Notes: generated by a model not told the origin, from the letters alone. DNA of 64,000 nucleotides from an uncultured Actinomycetota bacterium (GCA_963754965.1 CAVWIA010000001.1:94142-158141); one strand, 5' to 3'. Counted from the stretch's first letter, positions 30,927 to 42,208 are shown. Translations and numbers: made by a program.

Positions 30927-32635
30927 ATGGTGACAGAACAGCAGAAGCCCACCATCCTTCTCGTTTCGGAACTGCGAGGTGACCTTCTCGCAGGCGAGTT
31001 CGGCCGCTACGTGCGTGACTACGAGGTGCAGACCGCGACCAGCGCGGCAGAAGCCGAGCACCACGCCAAAGACATCCGCGGCGCCGGTGGCCAGGTCGCG
31101 CTCATGGTGACGGAGTCCGTCCTTCCCGATGCCGACGTCCTCGACGCCTTCGACCGATGGAGGGCCGTCGTCCCGACTGCGCGCTGCCTGGTCGCGGCGC
31201 ACGTCGAGGGGTTCCTGGACGAGTCTGAGGCAGTGCGGCGTGGACTGGCGAACGGAACGTTCGACGCCTGGGTCCTGATGCCACGCGGGGCTCGTGACGA
31301 AGAATTCCACAACGCCGTAACAGAGCTGCTCTCAGACTGGGGTTCCACCGTAGCGGCACCCGAGGCTGAGGCGGTCCGGATCATCGCCCCCGAATCCAGC
31401 GCGCTGACCGAGAGCATTCAGGACTTCCTCGACCGAATGGGCGTTCCGCACCGAACCTACGCACCCACTACGAGTGTCGGCCGCCAGGTCGTGAAATCCT
31501 ACGACGGTCGAAGCGGGTGGCCATTAGTGCAGATGCACCACCGCTCCACGCTGGCGCCCACAAGCGTTCGCGACGTGGCCGTGAGCCTGTTCGGACGCCC
31601 TACGACGCCCGCGGCCGATCCAACTATTGTCCACGATGTTGCCATCGTCGGGGCCGGCCCAGCCGGGCTCGCGGCAGCCGTCTACGCCGCATCCGAAGGG
31701 CTACGGACTGTGGTGATCGAAGCCGAAGCAATCGGAGGACAGGCGGGGATCAGTTCCATGATCCGCAACTACCTCGGGTTTCCTCGCGGCATCTCGGGAA
31801 TGCGACTGGCCGAGCGCGCACGCCTTCAGGCAATGCGGTTCGGCGCCCAGTTCTTCACGGGCATCGTGGTGACCGAACTGCTGACCGGGACGAACGACGT
31901 CCCTCACGTGCTCCGCACCACCGACGGTGACATCCGGACCCGTGCCGTCGTCATTGCCACCGGAGCTACGTACCGAAGGCTACGAGTGCCGAGCCTCAAC
32001 GCGTTGACCGGGCGAGGAGTCTTCTACGGCAGCGCCATAAGCGCGGCCCGGGAGGCCGACGGCAAACACGTTGTCGTCGTCGGGGAGGAAACTCCGCCGG
32101 CCAGGCAGCGATACACCTGGCACGGTTCGCTGACCACGTCACCATCACGGCCCGCCGCTCAGGGCTGGAGGAAACCATGTCGGCCTACCTAGTCGGAGAG
32201 GTTCAGGCTAACCCCCGGATCACGGTTCGTCCGTCGTGCGAGATCGTGGACGGTGGAGGCAGCGGCCGATTGGAATGGGTCGTGGCCCGCGACACCTCCA
32301 CACTCGAGGAGACGAGGCTCGATTGCAGCGGGCTGTTCCCGCTCCTGGGGGCTGAACCCCGATGCCGCTGGCTGCCACCACAAGTGCTGCTCGACCAAGA
32401 GCGGTACGTGCTCACCGGCCGACAAGTTCCCCGCGAGCAATGGCTCGACGGCGTACCTCCGCGCACCCTCGCCACCCCCGTGCCAGGCGTGTTCGCGGTC
32501 GGCGACATCAGGTCCGGTTCCACGAAACGCATCGCCACCGCGAGCGGTGAGGGCGCAGCGGTCGTGACGCTCATTCACGAGTGGCAAGCCACAGAAGCGG
32601 CGCCCGGGACTGCACGAATAATGTCTCCAGACTGA
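30927..32635 (+). CDS. TrxB-like FAD oxidoreductase with degenerate receiver-like N-terminus (apparent frameshift at ~32085)
   Basis: GAGPAGLAAAVYAASEGL, GGQAGISSMIRNYLGFP, GVFAVGDIRSGSTKRIATASGEG; N-terminus lacks the DD/D/K receiver residues. Confidence 0.82.
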
Positions 32636-32942
32636 CCCTTCATCAAGCCCGCGAGCGGCATCGGGCAAAGGAGACATTCGAGTCAGCTGCGGTTGCGCAG
32701 CGTCTATCGGATGAGTTGGGTAGCAACGGACACGGGCCGTTGTGTCTCACCCGCCCGTCCGGGGGATCTGGGCCCGCCAGGCCGTGGTCGCATCTTGGAA
32801 GCGCTGCTGACGCCGGCGGTCGCGTTGGGCTGCGGGGCGTGGGTGGTCGCTGCCCGGCCGGACTATCGCCATCCACAGACTGTGACTCCGCGACGACCAA
32901 CTCCACGTCGGGCCGGATCGGTTGGGGTGGCAGCATGCAGCT

Positions 32943-33458
32943 GTGGCAACTCTAAGGCCGGCGGTCGAGCGTCGGCATCCTCCCGCCGTGCTGATGCGGC
33001 TGGTGAATCCTTTCGTGCGGAGAATGGTGGCTCGTGGGGGCCGGGTGGGAGATCAGGTGCTCCTGCTGCATTATGTTGGCCGCCGAAGTGGACGGCGATT
33101 TGATGTGCCGGCGGGTTACCACCTCGTCGACGGTCTGGTGTCAGTGTTCACGAACAGCGGTTGGCGGCATAACTTCGTTGGAGGGTCGGATATCGAGGTG
33201 ACGCTCAACGGCGTCCGCCAGCCGGCTCGGGCCGTGCTTCAGGACGATCCAATGGAAGTGGCCCAGCTATATCAGCGGCTGATTGCAGAGCTTGGCGTCA
33301 AAGGTGCAGCGCGCCGCCTGGGTCTCAGAATTAATCTGGATCGGGCACCGACCCACGACGAACTACGGGACGCCGTTCAGCGATCTGGTCTTTCGGTGGT
33401 GCGGATCTACCCGCAGTCGTTTCGTCCACCTTGGTCCGTGGAGCGCCGAGCGGGGTAG
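32943..33458 (+). CDS. Deazaflavin (F420)-dependent nitroreductase-like/split-barrel protein
   Basis: VNPFVRRM...LLLHYVGRRSGRRFDVP...SGWRHNF. Confidence 0.7.
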   Translation: MATLRPAVERRHPPAVLMRLVNPFVRRMVARGGRVGDQVLLLHYVGRRSGRRFDVPAGYHLVDGLVSVFTNSGWRHNFVGGSDIEVTLNGVRQPARAVLQDDPMEVAQLYQRLIAELGVKGAARRLGLRINLDRAPTHDELRDAVQRSGLSVVRIYPQSFRPPWSVERRAG

Positions 33459-33470
33459 CAGGGGATCGAC

Positions 33471-34701
33471 ATGTCCCGGCAGCCTTTGCGCGTCCTGATC
33501 TCGGGCGCGAGCGTGGCCGGCCCGACGGCGGCGTACTGGCTTTTGCCGGCGCGGGTTCGCGGTGACGGTGGTCGAGCGGATGCCGCTGGCTCGGGTGCGG
33601 ACCAGCGGGCATGCCGTGGACCTGTTCGGGCCGGCGATGGATGTGGCGGATTGGATCGGGGTGCTTCCTGCGGTGATGGATGCCCGCACCCGGACCGAGA
33701 TTGTCTCATTCCAGCGCCGCGGCGGTCGAGGCGTCGAGGTCGAAATGCGGCGTCTGGTGGCAGGCGTCTCCGGCCGGCACGTCGAGGTCATGCGCGGCGA
33801 GCTGGCCGCCATTCTCTATGAGGCGACGCGAAGCGACGCGCAGTACTTGTTCGAGGACTCGATCCAGACGATCGTCGAGGAGCCCGAGGGCATCGCCGTG
33901 ACGTTCGAGCACGCCCCCGCCGACCGGTTCGACCTGGTCATCGGAGCTGACGGCCTCCACTCGATCGTCCGCCGCTTGGTCTTCGGGCCCGAGCACCAGT
34001 TCCGCCGCTTCCTCGGCGGCTATTTGGCGGGGGGCGCCCTGCCCAATTACCTCGGCCTAGAAGGCCGGATGGTGGTCTGGAACGCGCCCGGCCGGCTCGC
34101 GGCGATCTACCCCGTCCACCAGACGACGACGGCCAGGGGAGGTTTCCTGTTTCGCCGCAGCGAGGAGTTGGCGCTCGGTCACCGCGACGTCGAGGGACAA
34201 AAGCAGGTGCTGCACCGCATCTATGGAGAGGATGGATGGCAGGTTCCCCGGCTGCTGGCCGAGATGGACGCCGACGACGACTTCTACTTCGACTCGATCA
34301 GCCAGATCGTGATGAATAGCTGGGTCAAGGGTCGGGTCACCCTGGTCGGCGACGCCGGTTACTCGCCCGGCCCGGCTGTTGGCGGTGGCACCAGCGTCGC
34401 CATGGTGGGCGCCTATGTCCTGGCGCAAGAACTGGCCGAGGCCGGCCGCGACTACCAGGCAGGGCTGCGCGCGTATGAGGACCGCATGCGCGAGCTCGCC
34501 GCCAAGGCCCGCAGCATCGGACCCACCACCATGTCCACGCTAATCCCGCGGACCGGGGTCCAGGTCCGGCTGATCCCACAACTGCTCCGCCTCGTCACAC
34601 GGTTGCCGCCGCGCTTTCAACAACGCCTCTTCCAGTTGCAAGCAACACCCTCCCGAGCCCTCGACTCCATCGAGCTCACCCGTTCAACAGTCGAGAAGTA
34701 G
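33471..34701 (+). CDS. FAD-dependent monooxygenase (apparent frameshift at ~33545)
   Basis: VLISGASVAGP, DLVIGADGLHS, GRVTLVGDAGYSPGPAVGGGTS. Confidence 0.88.
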
Positions 34702-35223
34702 CCCAGCCCCCACCCCTCGCTTGATCCGGGCGGTGCAACACCGCAATGCCGGAGCCACATGACTCGGTCCTGCTGGGAGGCAGGCATGGTTGAGACAGCC
34801 ACCGGCTTGTGGGACGGGTCCCGTCGGCCATCCGGCTCAGATGATGGCCTGGTTCGTGAGCAGGATTCAGGTGGGAAGCGGTCGGGAGACGACCAGCGCA
34901 GAGTGCGTTGATCGGGTTCCCGATCAAAAGGACGTTCGACTCTGTCAGGGACTCGCCGATATTCCAGTTCGTGCATCGCGAATTGCCCCATTCGGGCGAT
35001 CAGCTATGGCAGACGGCGCCAGGAGTGATGTTGCCCAGCTCCGCGCTGATCGGCACGCCGATAAGTGGCGGCAGCTCACCGCGGGACGACGATCATGATC
35101 GGGCCCGGGGGACCCCACAGCAGTTGATCATGGGTGGCCGCAGAGCCGGTAACCTGGATCCAGGGTCCGCATGAGGTCCTCCTCGATCCACCGTTCCGGC
35201 CGAGCGCTGGCCACCTAGCCGGT

Positions 35224-36193
35224 TCAGGTGTCGGCGGAGGGGTCCTCAAATGAAGGCAGCAGATGCCGGTTCACCAGGTTGAGCGCGGACATCCATCCGG
35301 GGAGTAGTGCGTCGCTCGGAGGCGGGCCGAAAGGTGAACTGAGGATCGCCAGTCAGGACAACAATCGCCTGGTGCCGTGGGGAGACAACTACGTGCTGCC
35401 CGGCCCAGCCGCTGGCGAGGTAGTGGCCGTTCCCGATCCAGGTCAGGTATCCGTAGGCGAGGTTTTCCGGTGGCCCGCCGCTCGACTGGGCGGTCGTCAT
35501 CTCACCGAGGTATCGCGGGTCCACCAGGCTCTCGCCGTTCCAGGTGCCACCGTTCAACCACAGGGTGCCGAGCTTAAGCAGGTCGTGGGCGCTCAGCTTT
35601 AAGTGCGCATGGCCGAAGGAGATGCCCGCATTATCGGCGAGCCAATCATATTGCTCAATCCCGAGCGGCCCGAAGAGCACGCGTTCGGCGTACTTCGCCA
35701 CGGTCCTACCCACGACCGCCTCCAGCCCGGCTGAGATCAGGTGAGCGGAGCCGTTGTCATAGCGGAACACTGCCCCGGGCGGCGTGAGCTGGGGTGCCTG
35801 AGCGATGTGGCCGACCTGGCCACTCGGCAGCACCACAATCTCGTCGATATCCCAGGGGCCATCAGTCCGGCTACCTCTGGTCATGGTGAGCAAGTGTCGC
35901 CAGGTGTGCGCCGCCGCCGGTGTGCCCCGCAACTCGCTGAGCACATCGCTCACCGGATCGTCGAGCGGTGGCATTCGAAGCTCACGCTGGGCCACCCCCA
36001 CAAGCGTCGCCAATACGGTCTTGGTGATGGAATACACATCGGCCAGCTCGGGCCCGGAGAAGTGCCTGTCGTAGATCAGCGACCCAGCGATCTGCACAGC
36101 GAGATGACTGGTGTGGGCGTACTTATCCTCTCCTTGAATCTGCTGGGCGACCCGGTCACACGCTGCACGTACGACCCGCATCGACATTGCCAA
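35224..36193 (-). CDS. Serine hydrolase, beta-lactamase class C/nylonase-like family (indel near the C-terminus)
   Basis: SxxK (YSITK), HLLTMT, YxN (FRYDN), LFGPLGI, YGYLTW, ASGWAGQ. Confidence 0.85.
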
Positions 36194-36384
36194 AACTGGA
36201 CAGCTCCCATTCGTCAGGATCAGTGGCTGCGGCCGACAATCCTTAAGCCCGCCGCAATCTCGCTAATCGCCGCTGCATTCGGAAGTGCCTGCCAAGTCTG
36301 GCGGCGTCGAGGGATCAAGGCAAGGTTCTGTGAAGAGCTCGCTCGGCGCTGCATCGGGTCGGTCTGACCCCGGCCAAGCTGTGA

Positions 36385-36965
36385 TCACGGTCCGGCCAAG
36401 CGGTGACCACGGTGTCCTGCGTTTCGATGTGTCGACAAGCTTCGGTGCACGGTCACGGCGGGCACCGGCCAGACGGATCTGACCTGATGGGAGCTTCGAG
36501 CAGAAGCCCCGTCACAGACCTGTCACTCCGCCCGGCGGTTCGCCCTCTCGGTCAGATCACCCCTCACGGAGGAGCGAATCGTAGGCATGACAACCGAAGC
36601 AACCAATGTCGTCGGCGGCGTCGACACCGACTACGCGGCCGCAGTCGACCAGCAAGGCCGGCTGCTCAGTTTCCAGGAGCTTCGCGCCACAGACGGCGGC
36701 TCCCCGACCCTGCTGGCCTGGATGCGCGGCCACGGTCAGATCGGGGTGATCCGGGCGGAAAGCACCCGATCGTTCGGTGCCACCCTGACCAGTGACACTG
36801 ACTCCGGGCTGGCAAGCGGGTGGTGAAGGTGAACCGGCCGAACCGGCTGGCCCGGCGCTTGGACGGCAATTCCGACCGCTTGGGTGCCGAACAGATCGCT
36901 CGTGCGGTCCTCGGTCAAAATCACCGCGATCCCCGAAGGCCAAGTCCGGAACGGTGGATGTGTTC
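36385..36965 (+). mobile_element. IS110-family remnant: non-coding left end plus truncated DEDD recombinase (ATG 36587)
   Basis: VVGGVDTD..AAAVDQQGRLL..LLAWMRGHG..ESTRSFGATL; next frame VNRPNRLARR.DGNSDRL.AEQIARAVL..KAKSG; C-terminal half absent. Confidence 0.8.
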
Positions 36966-37133
36966 CCAGGCGCGGCTGCACTGTCAATGACCTAGAAGGC
37001 GCGCGCCCCAAGCGGACCGTGCTGCGGGACGGCAGAGCGGTGCCGATAGAGGGACCCCAATAGCTCAGAACAACCTCGGCGAGACTCTGGCATGGACGAC
37101 AGGATGGAGGCACGACTGCGAGACGAGGTGATA

Positions 37134-37240
37134 GTGACTGGATACGAGGCGTTGCCGGATGTGTACGAGTGGCTGATCCCCGACGCGAAGTTGACTCCTG
37201 AGGGCTCCGTCGCGGCGCTCGGTGACCTTGTTCAGTCCCT
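37134..37240 (+). pseudogene. N-terminal fragment of a probable class I SAM methyltransferase
   Basis: VTGYEALPDVYEWLIPDAKLTPEGSVAAL..LVQSLP ends at the 40-bp repeat, before motif I would begin. Confidence 0.5.
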
Positions 37241-37280
37241 ACCGCTGAGCGGCACATCGCGAGTGCCGTTTGCGGAACGG
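37241..37280 (+). repeat. 40-bp palindromic direct repeat, copy 1
   Basis: ACCGCTGAGCGGCACATCGCGAGTGCCGTTTGCGGAACGG; 36/40 identical to 40343-40382. Confidence 0.85.
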
Positions 37281-37405
37281 CGCACGGACTACGTATCGCC
37301 CCGGTCAAGCGAGTACTCGATACTGGTCTGGTGAGGTGGCGGGACGGTTGGACTGCCGTGCCGGGGATCGCGTTGTCATCGTCGACTAATCGGCCACCAT
37401 GGGCG

Positions 37406-37975
37406 ATGGCCCCCGTGGACGTTGACAAGGACGGTCGATCCTGGCGGATCGGCACCGCCAATGATGTGGCATGGATCGCGGGCCACACTCTTGACGGGCT
37501 CACCGTCACCACCGCCATACCACCGGGATTCGAGGCGTACGCGACCTTCTATCCAGGTGAGGATGCGGACATCACGCTCCACGAACACACGATCGTGGAC
37601 ATTTTGATGGCGCACACAGGCCGGCAGCCGTGGTGGCTCGGCTATCTGGATACCGGGGCCCACGACATCGTCTTCAACACCGCACCCCAGGTGACGCTCT
37701 ACTGGGACTGGAGCTACATCCTGGTGGAAGCCGGCCCGGAGCAAGCACTGACGTGGCGGACCGGTCACATCCGTGGGGGACTCTTAGGTGCCCTGCCGGA
37801 CTTGTTCTTCCCCGCTGATCGAAGCTGGCTTGCCTCGGCCCTGTGGAACGACACCTGGACCGACTTCGGAGGTTCGGCTGAACTGATCGAGGCGCTGCAG
37901 CGGGATCCGGTCGCGAACGCGCGCCGGGTCCAGCCTGACCAGGACGCAGTGCCACCCGGACTCACCCGCGAATAA
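37406..37975 (+). CDS. Hypothetical protein
   Basis: Open frame with coding-like GC3; WRIGTANDVAWI, TTAIPPGFEAYAT, PDLFFPADRSWLASALWNDTWT. Confidence 0.7.
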   Translation: MAPVDVDKDGRSWRIGTANDVAWIAGHTLDGLTVTTAIPPGFEAYATFYPGEDADITLHEHTIVDILMAHTGRQPWWLGYLDTGAHDIVFNTAPQVTLYWDWSYILVEAGPEQALTWRTGHIRGGLLGALPDLFFPADRSWLASALWNDTWTDFGGSAELIEALQRDPVANARRVQPDQDAVPPGLTRE

Positions 37976-38023
37976 CCGACCCATCCCGGCCACTCCATCT
38001 GGGGCCGCCAAGACCAGCTTGGA

Positions 38024-38833
38024 CTACCGCTTGTCGCCGGCCGATCGGAGACGCGCGATGTGCAAGACTGCGCCCCAGCCTCGGCGCACGAGCCCGTCTG
38101 GGCGTTGCGCTAACCGGCGACGGATCTCGGTGAAGAGCTGCTCGCGGTCCTCGGCGGCCATCGCAATATGACCCGAGAAGGTGCTCAGCAGCCGAATGTA
38201 GCCATCGGCGTCGTAGTCGACCGTCCAGTCGAAGTGTTCGACAGTCACGACCTCGAATAGCCCGGAAGCGTTGATCTCAGCGCTCTGGTCTTCAAGCTGG
38301 CCGGGGGCGGGACGCCGCGCGTCCTCCGGTAGGCCTTCGCCGATCGCGTCATACACCTCCTGGATGTCTTCAAAGAAAGGGTCACCGCCAGGCGGGAAGA
38401 CGTGCTCGGCGCCCCAGGTAGCCAGATATCCGCCGCGCTGTAGAGCCCGGGCAGCCGCGAGATACCGAATCTCGGGGTCTATCCAGTGCCAAGCCGTTGC
38501 GGCGAGGACGGCGGCATAACCGCCGGGCGCGCCGTCCCAGTCCTCAAAGCGGGCCTCGACGATCTCGACATCGTAGTTGGCGAGGTTCTGCCGGGCACAA
38601 GCTGCAAGGGCGGGACCCGGCTCCAGCGCGGTCACCCGAAGACCACGACGGGCCAGCGGCACGGTGGCCTTCCCCGGTCCCGCGCCGACCTCAAGCACTC
38701 GGTCCCCCGGCCTCAGCCTGGTGACGTCGACGAGCCGATCAAACAGCCCCTCGGGATACTCCGGTCGGGCGTCCTGGTAGAGGTCGGCGGCTCGGTCGAA
38801 AGTTCTCCGGAGGCGTTCGCGGTCTTGAACCAC
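38024..38833 (-). CDS. Class I SAM-dependent methyltransferase
   Basis: TFDRAADLYQDARPEYP, motif I VLEVGAGPGKAT, AATAWHWID. Confidence 0.9.
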   Translation of the reverse strand: MVQDRERLRRTFDRAADLYQDARPEYPEGLFDRLVDVTRLRPGDRVLEVGAGPGKATVPLARRGLRVTALEPGPALAACARQNLANYDVEIVEARFEDWDGAPGGYAAVLAATAWHWIDPEIRYLAAARALQRGGYLATWGAEHVFPPGGDPFFEDIQEVYDAIGEGLPEDARRPAPGQLEDQSAEINASGLFEVVTVEHFDWTVDYDADGYIRLLSTFSGHIAMAAEDREQLFTEIRRRLAQRPDGLVRRGWGAVLHIARLRSAGDKR

Positions 38834-38948
38834 CGCCCCAGTGTCCCGCTGCGATCCTGGGCGTGCCGGAGCGCTGGCCATGTGCCGTAGCCCGACCGGC
38901 TTACGCGTGCGTGACCTCCGGAGGTGTGGTCTGACTAACCTACCGAGC

Positions 38949-39356
38949 ATGCGCATGCTGCACCTCGGGCTCCGGATCTCCGATCTGGAACAGTCGCTCG
39001 CCTTCTACAGCGCGCTCGGTTACGCCGAGCTCGGCAGTGTTCCCGAGACAGAGTTCGGTAGCCTGACCATGCTGCAGCTGCCGGATGATCCCTTCGTCAG
39101 CCTCGAGCTCGTCCACCACCCTGAGCGGCCGGTCGAGGACATTGGTGCCGTCAACCACCTGGTCGTCCAGGTGGACGATCTGGATGCCACGATCGCCGAC
39201 CTCGCGGCAAAGGGCGTTGCGGCTGCGCCGCCGGCTGAGCCGGGACCGAGGATCCGGACATCATGGCTGACCGACCCCGACGGTTACAGGATCGAACTCG
39301 TGCAGTGGCCTCCCGGTCATCCGGCAGGCATGACGGCAGCCGACTTTGCCCCCTGA
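38949..39356 (+). CDS. VOC/glyoxalase family protein
   Basis: LHLGLRISDLEQSLAFY, LELV, NHLVVQVDDL, TDPDGYRIELVQW. Confidence 0.9.
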   Translation: MRMLHLGLRISDLEQSLAFYSALGYAELGSVPETEFGSLTMLQLPDDPFVSLELVHHPERPVEDIGAVNHLVVQVDDLDATIADLAAKGVAAAPPAEPGPRIRTSWLTDPDGYRIELVQWPPGHPAGMTAADFAP

Positions 39357-39592
39357 CCGGGCGAGTGAAGCCAGCGCTCCCTGTGCTCGAATCTTGTGAG
39401 AGATCTCATGCGGGAGCGGCTTGCGCCGACCTGGTGCCCCGACTTGTCGCGCTCAACCACCCTCCTGCGACCGACCTCGGGTTGGTCAAACGGGCTTGGG
39501 CAGCGCGCTGCTGGGCCGGGCCGGCAACCTTCGTCCTAGTTGCACGAGCTAGACCGGACTCAAACCGTCCGCAGTCGGTTATGGTGCCGAGG

Positions 39593-40291
39593 ATGGACTT
39601 CGTGCTCATCCCCGGCATGTGGCTTCCCGGCTCCGTCTGGGACCCGGTGACAGCTCACCTGACCAGCCTCGGACACCGCGCTACGGCGCTCACCCTGCCC
39701 GGACAGGGCGACGGTAACCGGTCAGCCGCGCTGGACGACCAAGTCACCGCGGTCGTCGCGGCCGTCGACGCCGCACCCGGCGGGGCGGTGGTGGTCGGGC
39801 ACTCGGCGGCCGGCTCCCTCGCCTGGACGGCGGCCGACCGGCGGCCGGACGCTGTGCAAGCTGTCGTGCTGGTTGGAGGGTTCCCGAACGCCGACGGTGA
39901 CCGCTACTTCGAGGCCTTCACGCCCGTCGACGGCCTGGTCGCGTTCCCCGGCTGGGAGCGCTTCGAGGGACCCGACGCCTCCGACCTCGACCAACACCAG
40001 CGCGCCGAGTTGTCGGCGCAGGTCGTTCCGGTGCCAGAGACCGTGACGCACGGGACCATCTGGCTCACCGACCAACGCCGATACGAGGTGCCGGTAGTGC
40101 TTGTGTGCCCAGAGTTCACGCCGTCGGAGGCTCGGGGATGGATCGCGGCCGGGGAGGTGCCCGAGTTGGCCGCCGCCACCACTGTCGAGTTCGTGGACAT
40201 CGACTCAGGCCACTGGCCGATGGTCACGCGCCCGGTGGAGCTCGCCGAGATCCTAGCCGGCGTCGCGAACCGCCTGGCCGACCGGCCGTGA
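39593..40291 (+). CDS. Alpha/beta hydrolase
   Basis: FVLIPGMWL, TLPGQG, nucleophile elbow VVGHSAAG, DSGHWPM. Confidence 0.88.
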   Translation: MDFVLIPGMWLPGSVWDPVTAHLTSLGHRATALTLPGQGDGNRSAALDDQVTAVVAAVDAAPGGAVVVGHSAAGSLAWTAADRRPDAVQAVVLVGGFPNADGDRYFEAFTPVDGLVAFPGWERFEGPDASDLDQHQRAELSAQVVPVPETVTHGTIWLTDQRRYEVPVVLVCPEFTPSEARGWIAAGEVPELAAATTVEFVDIDSGHWPMVTRPVELAEILAGVANRLADRP

Positions 40292-40342
40292 CGATCGCCA
40301 TCCCCCGCTCGACCAGAACCCAAGGAACTCGTGCGTAAGAGG

Positions 40343-40382
40343 ACCGCTGAGCGACACGTCGCGAGTGCCGTTTGTGTAACGG
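40343..40382 (+). repeat. 40-bp palindromic direct repeat, copy 2
   Basis: ACCGCTGAGCGACACGTCGCGAGTGCCGTTTGTGTAACGG. Confidence 0.85.
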
Positions 40383-40708
40383 GTTTAGCACCCGAGTCTT
40401 GGGCCGAGTCAAATAAGTGCGGGCAGGAGCGCATCGCAGACGTTGAGGCATAGACAGGTTGGGTTCCAGGCGGCAATATGGCCGGTCACCATCTAGACGA
40501 TGCGCACGGCGCGGCGGAGAATCGTCCTAGTGAGAGGACCAAAGCCCGCGACGGACGAGGTGCCAAGTTCTGCTCGACGCAGTTAGAGCATCGATACACC
40601 ACGTCAGCCCTTAAGAAATAGCCGCAGTGATCCACGGCCCCGTCACACACCGACCTATCGTCGAAATGCCGGCTCGACTCAGCAGAACAGTACAGAAGGG
40701 ATTCTCAG

Positions 40709-42208
40709 ATGACGTGGTCGCCCCCATCCCCGGTTCCAGAAGCTCCTACAACTTTTCCTGAACCGAGAGCTGATCCGACCGGAGATTCGCTTCGTACCTC
40801 CGGTTCCGTTCAAGGGAACATCATCGCTGGCTTCAGCAAGGACTTCCAGTCACTCCTCTTCCTCCAGGTGCAAGATCGGGCGGGTGGTCTCGATTGGCTG
40901 GCGGAACTCAGGCCACGCGTTGCGACTAGTGCCCAGGTGGCCACTTTTAATAAGCAGTTCTCAGAGATGCTAAGGACCAGTGGGAGCGATCCCCAACATC
41001 TAGCCGGGGTTTGGGTCAATGTCAGTTTCACGGTTGAAGGCTTGGAACTCTTGGCGCCGCGCCTCCGGGCCAGTCTTGAAGTTGAGGGCATTGATGACGG
41101 GGTGCGACTTTTCACTTCCGGAGCTCGAGCGCAGGCGGAGGAGCTTGGTGACACTGGAAGGTCCTCTCCCGATCACTGGGTATTCGGCCGGGACGGTCAG
41201 CACATTCACCTGGTCGTAACGGTTGCCGCAGACCGCTCCGAGGACCTAGCTGTCGAGGTGCACCGGCAGCGCGAACTCGCGGCGCGGCACAACCTTCTGA
41301 TGGTCTTCGAGCAGCCTGGCGCTACCCTCCCCGGCCCGCACAAAGGCCAAGAGCACTTTGGATTCAAAGATGGAATATCTCAGCCCGGTGTTCGCGGCTA
41401 TGACCCGGAATCGCAAGATCACCCGGGAGAGGTCGAGGGCAAGCCGGGTACCAACTTGATCGCCGCGGGAGAGTTTCTGCTGGGCTACCCGCGACACAAC
41501 GGCGGGAAGCGAAATATACCGGAGTGGCTGTTTGACGCTAGCTTCCTAGTCGTCCGCCGGCTGGCCCAAGACGTGCCTGCCTGGTGGGCACAGGTTGAGC
41601 ACGCCTACCTGCAGCTTCCACAAGCCGTGCGCGAGGAGTTGAGCGCAGACGCCTTCGCGGCTCGATTTGTTGGGCGGTGGCGCAGTGGCACACCCGTGGA
41701 CAAGGCCCCTCGGACGGACGTCCGAGGCGGCCGGAGACGCTCAGAGGACAACGACTTCGACTTCGAGACCGACCCGAGTGGTGATCGCTGCCCCCGCTTC
41801 GCCCACATTCGCAATGTCTACCCCCGCAGCACCTCACCTGTTGGTGTGGAGGGGTCAAATCTGCACAGAATACTGCGGCGAGGCATTCCCTTTGGGCCCA
41901 CCTTTGACCCCACCGCTGGGCGAGGTCACGGTATCGATAGTGAACGCGGCCTAGTCTTTGCCTGTTACCAATCGAGTCTGTCGGATCAGTTCCAATTCCT
42001 GCAGCAATCCTGTGTCAACAACACCGACTTCCCTGACTCGGATGATGGGACGGATCCAGTGATTGGAGTTGACGGACCCGTCACATTGCACCTAGGTGGC
42101 GACACGACCCCGGTGCCATCCCTGCAACGGTGCGTCCAAACGCAAGGCAGCGTGTACGCGCTGACACCCTCGATGGAAACACTCCAGACAATCATCGATG
42201 CCGAATGA
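40709..42208 (+). CDS. Dye-decolorizing (DyP-type) heme peroxidase
   Basis: VQGNIIAGF, EHFGFKDGISQP (GxxDG), SFLVVRRLAQDV, VGRWRSG, FAHIR (proximal His), ILRRGIPFG. Confidence 0.92.
   Translation: MTWSPPSPVPEAPTTFPEPRADPTGDSLRTSGSVQGNIIAGFSKDFQSLLFLQVQDRAGGLDWLAELRPRVATSAQVATFNKQFSEMLRTSGSDPQHLAGVWVNVSFTVEGLELLAPRLRASLEVEGIDDGVRLFTSGARAQAEELGDTGRSSPDHWVFGRDGQHIHLVVTVAADRSEDLAVEVHRQRELAARHNLLMVFEQPGATLPGPHKGQEHFGFKDGISQPGVRGYDPESQDHPGEVEGKPGTNLIAAGEFLLGYPRHNGGKRNIPEWLFDASFLVVRRLAQDVPAWWAQVEHAYLQLPQAVREELSADAFAARFVGRWRSGTPVDKAPRTDVRGGRRRSEDNDFDFETDPSGDRCPRFAHIRNVYPRSTSPVGVEGSNLHRILRRGIPFGPTFDPTAGRGHGIDSERGLVFACYQSSLSDQFQFLQQSCVNNTDFPDSDDGTDPVIGVDGPVTLHLGGDTTPVPSLQRCVQTQGSVYALTPSMETLQTIIDAE

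Noticed and set aside
35054-35081. Possible dif site (CACGCCGATAA resembles a XerC arm)
   Set aside because: No XerD arm (TTATGTYAA-like) follows the 6-bp spacer; likely chance.
33471-36193. FAD monooxygenase and serine hydrolase as antibiotic-resistance genes
   Set aside because: Only broad family motifs are visible; substrate cannot be inferred from the sequence.
40709-42208. DyP as encapsulin cargo
   Set aside because: No C-terminal GSLxIGSL-like targeting peptide and no adjacent encapsulin; the capsid remnant is 18 kb away and phage-like.
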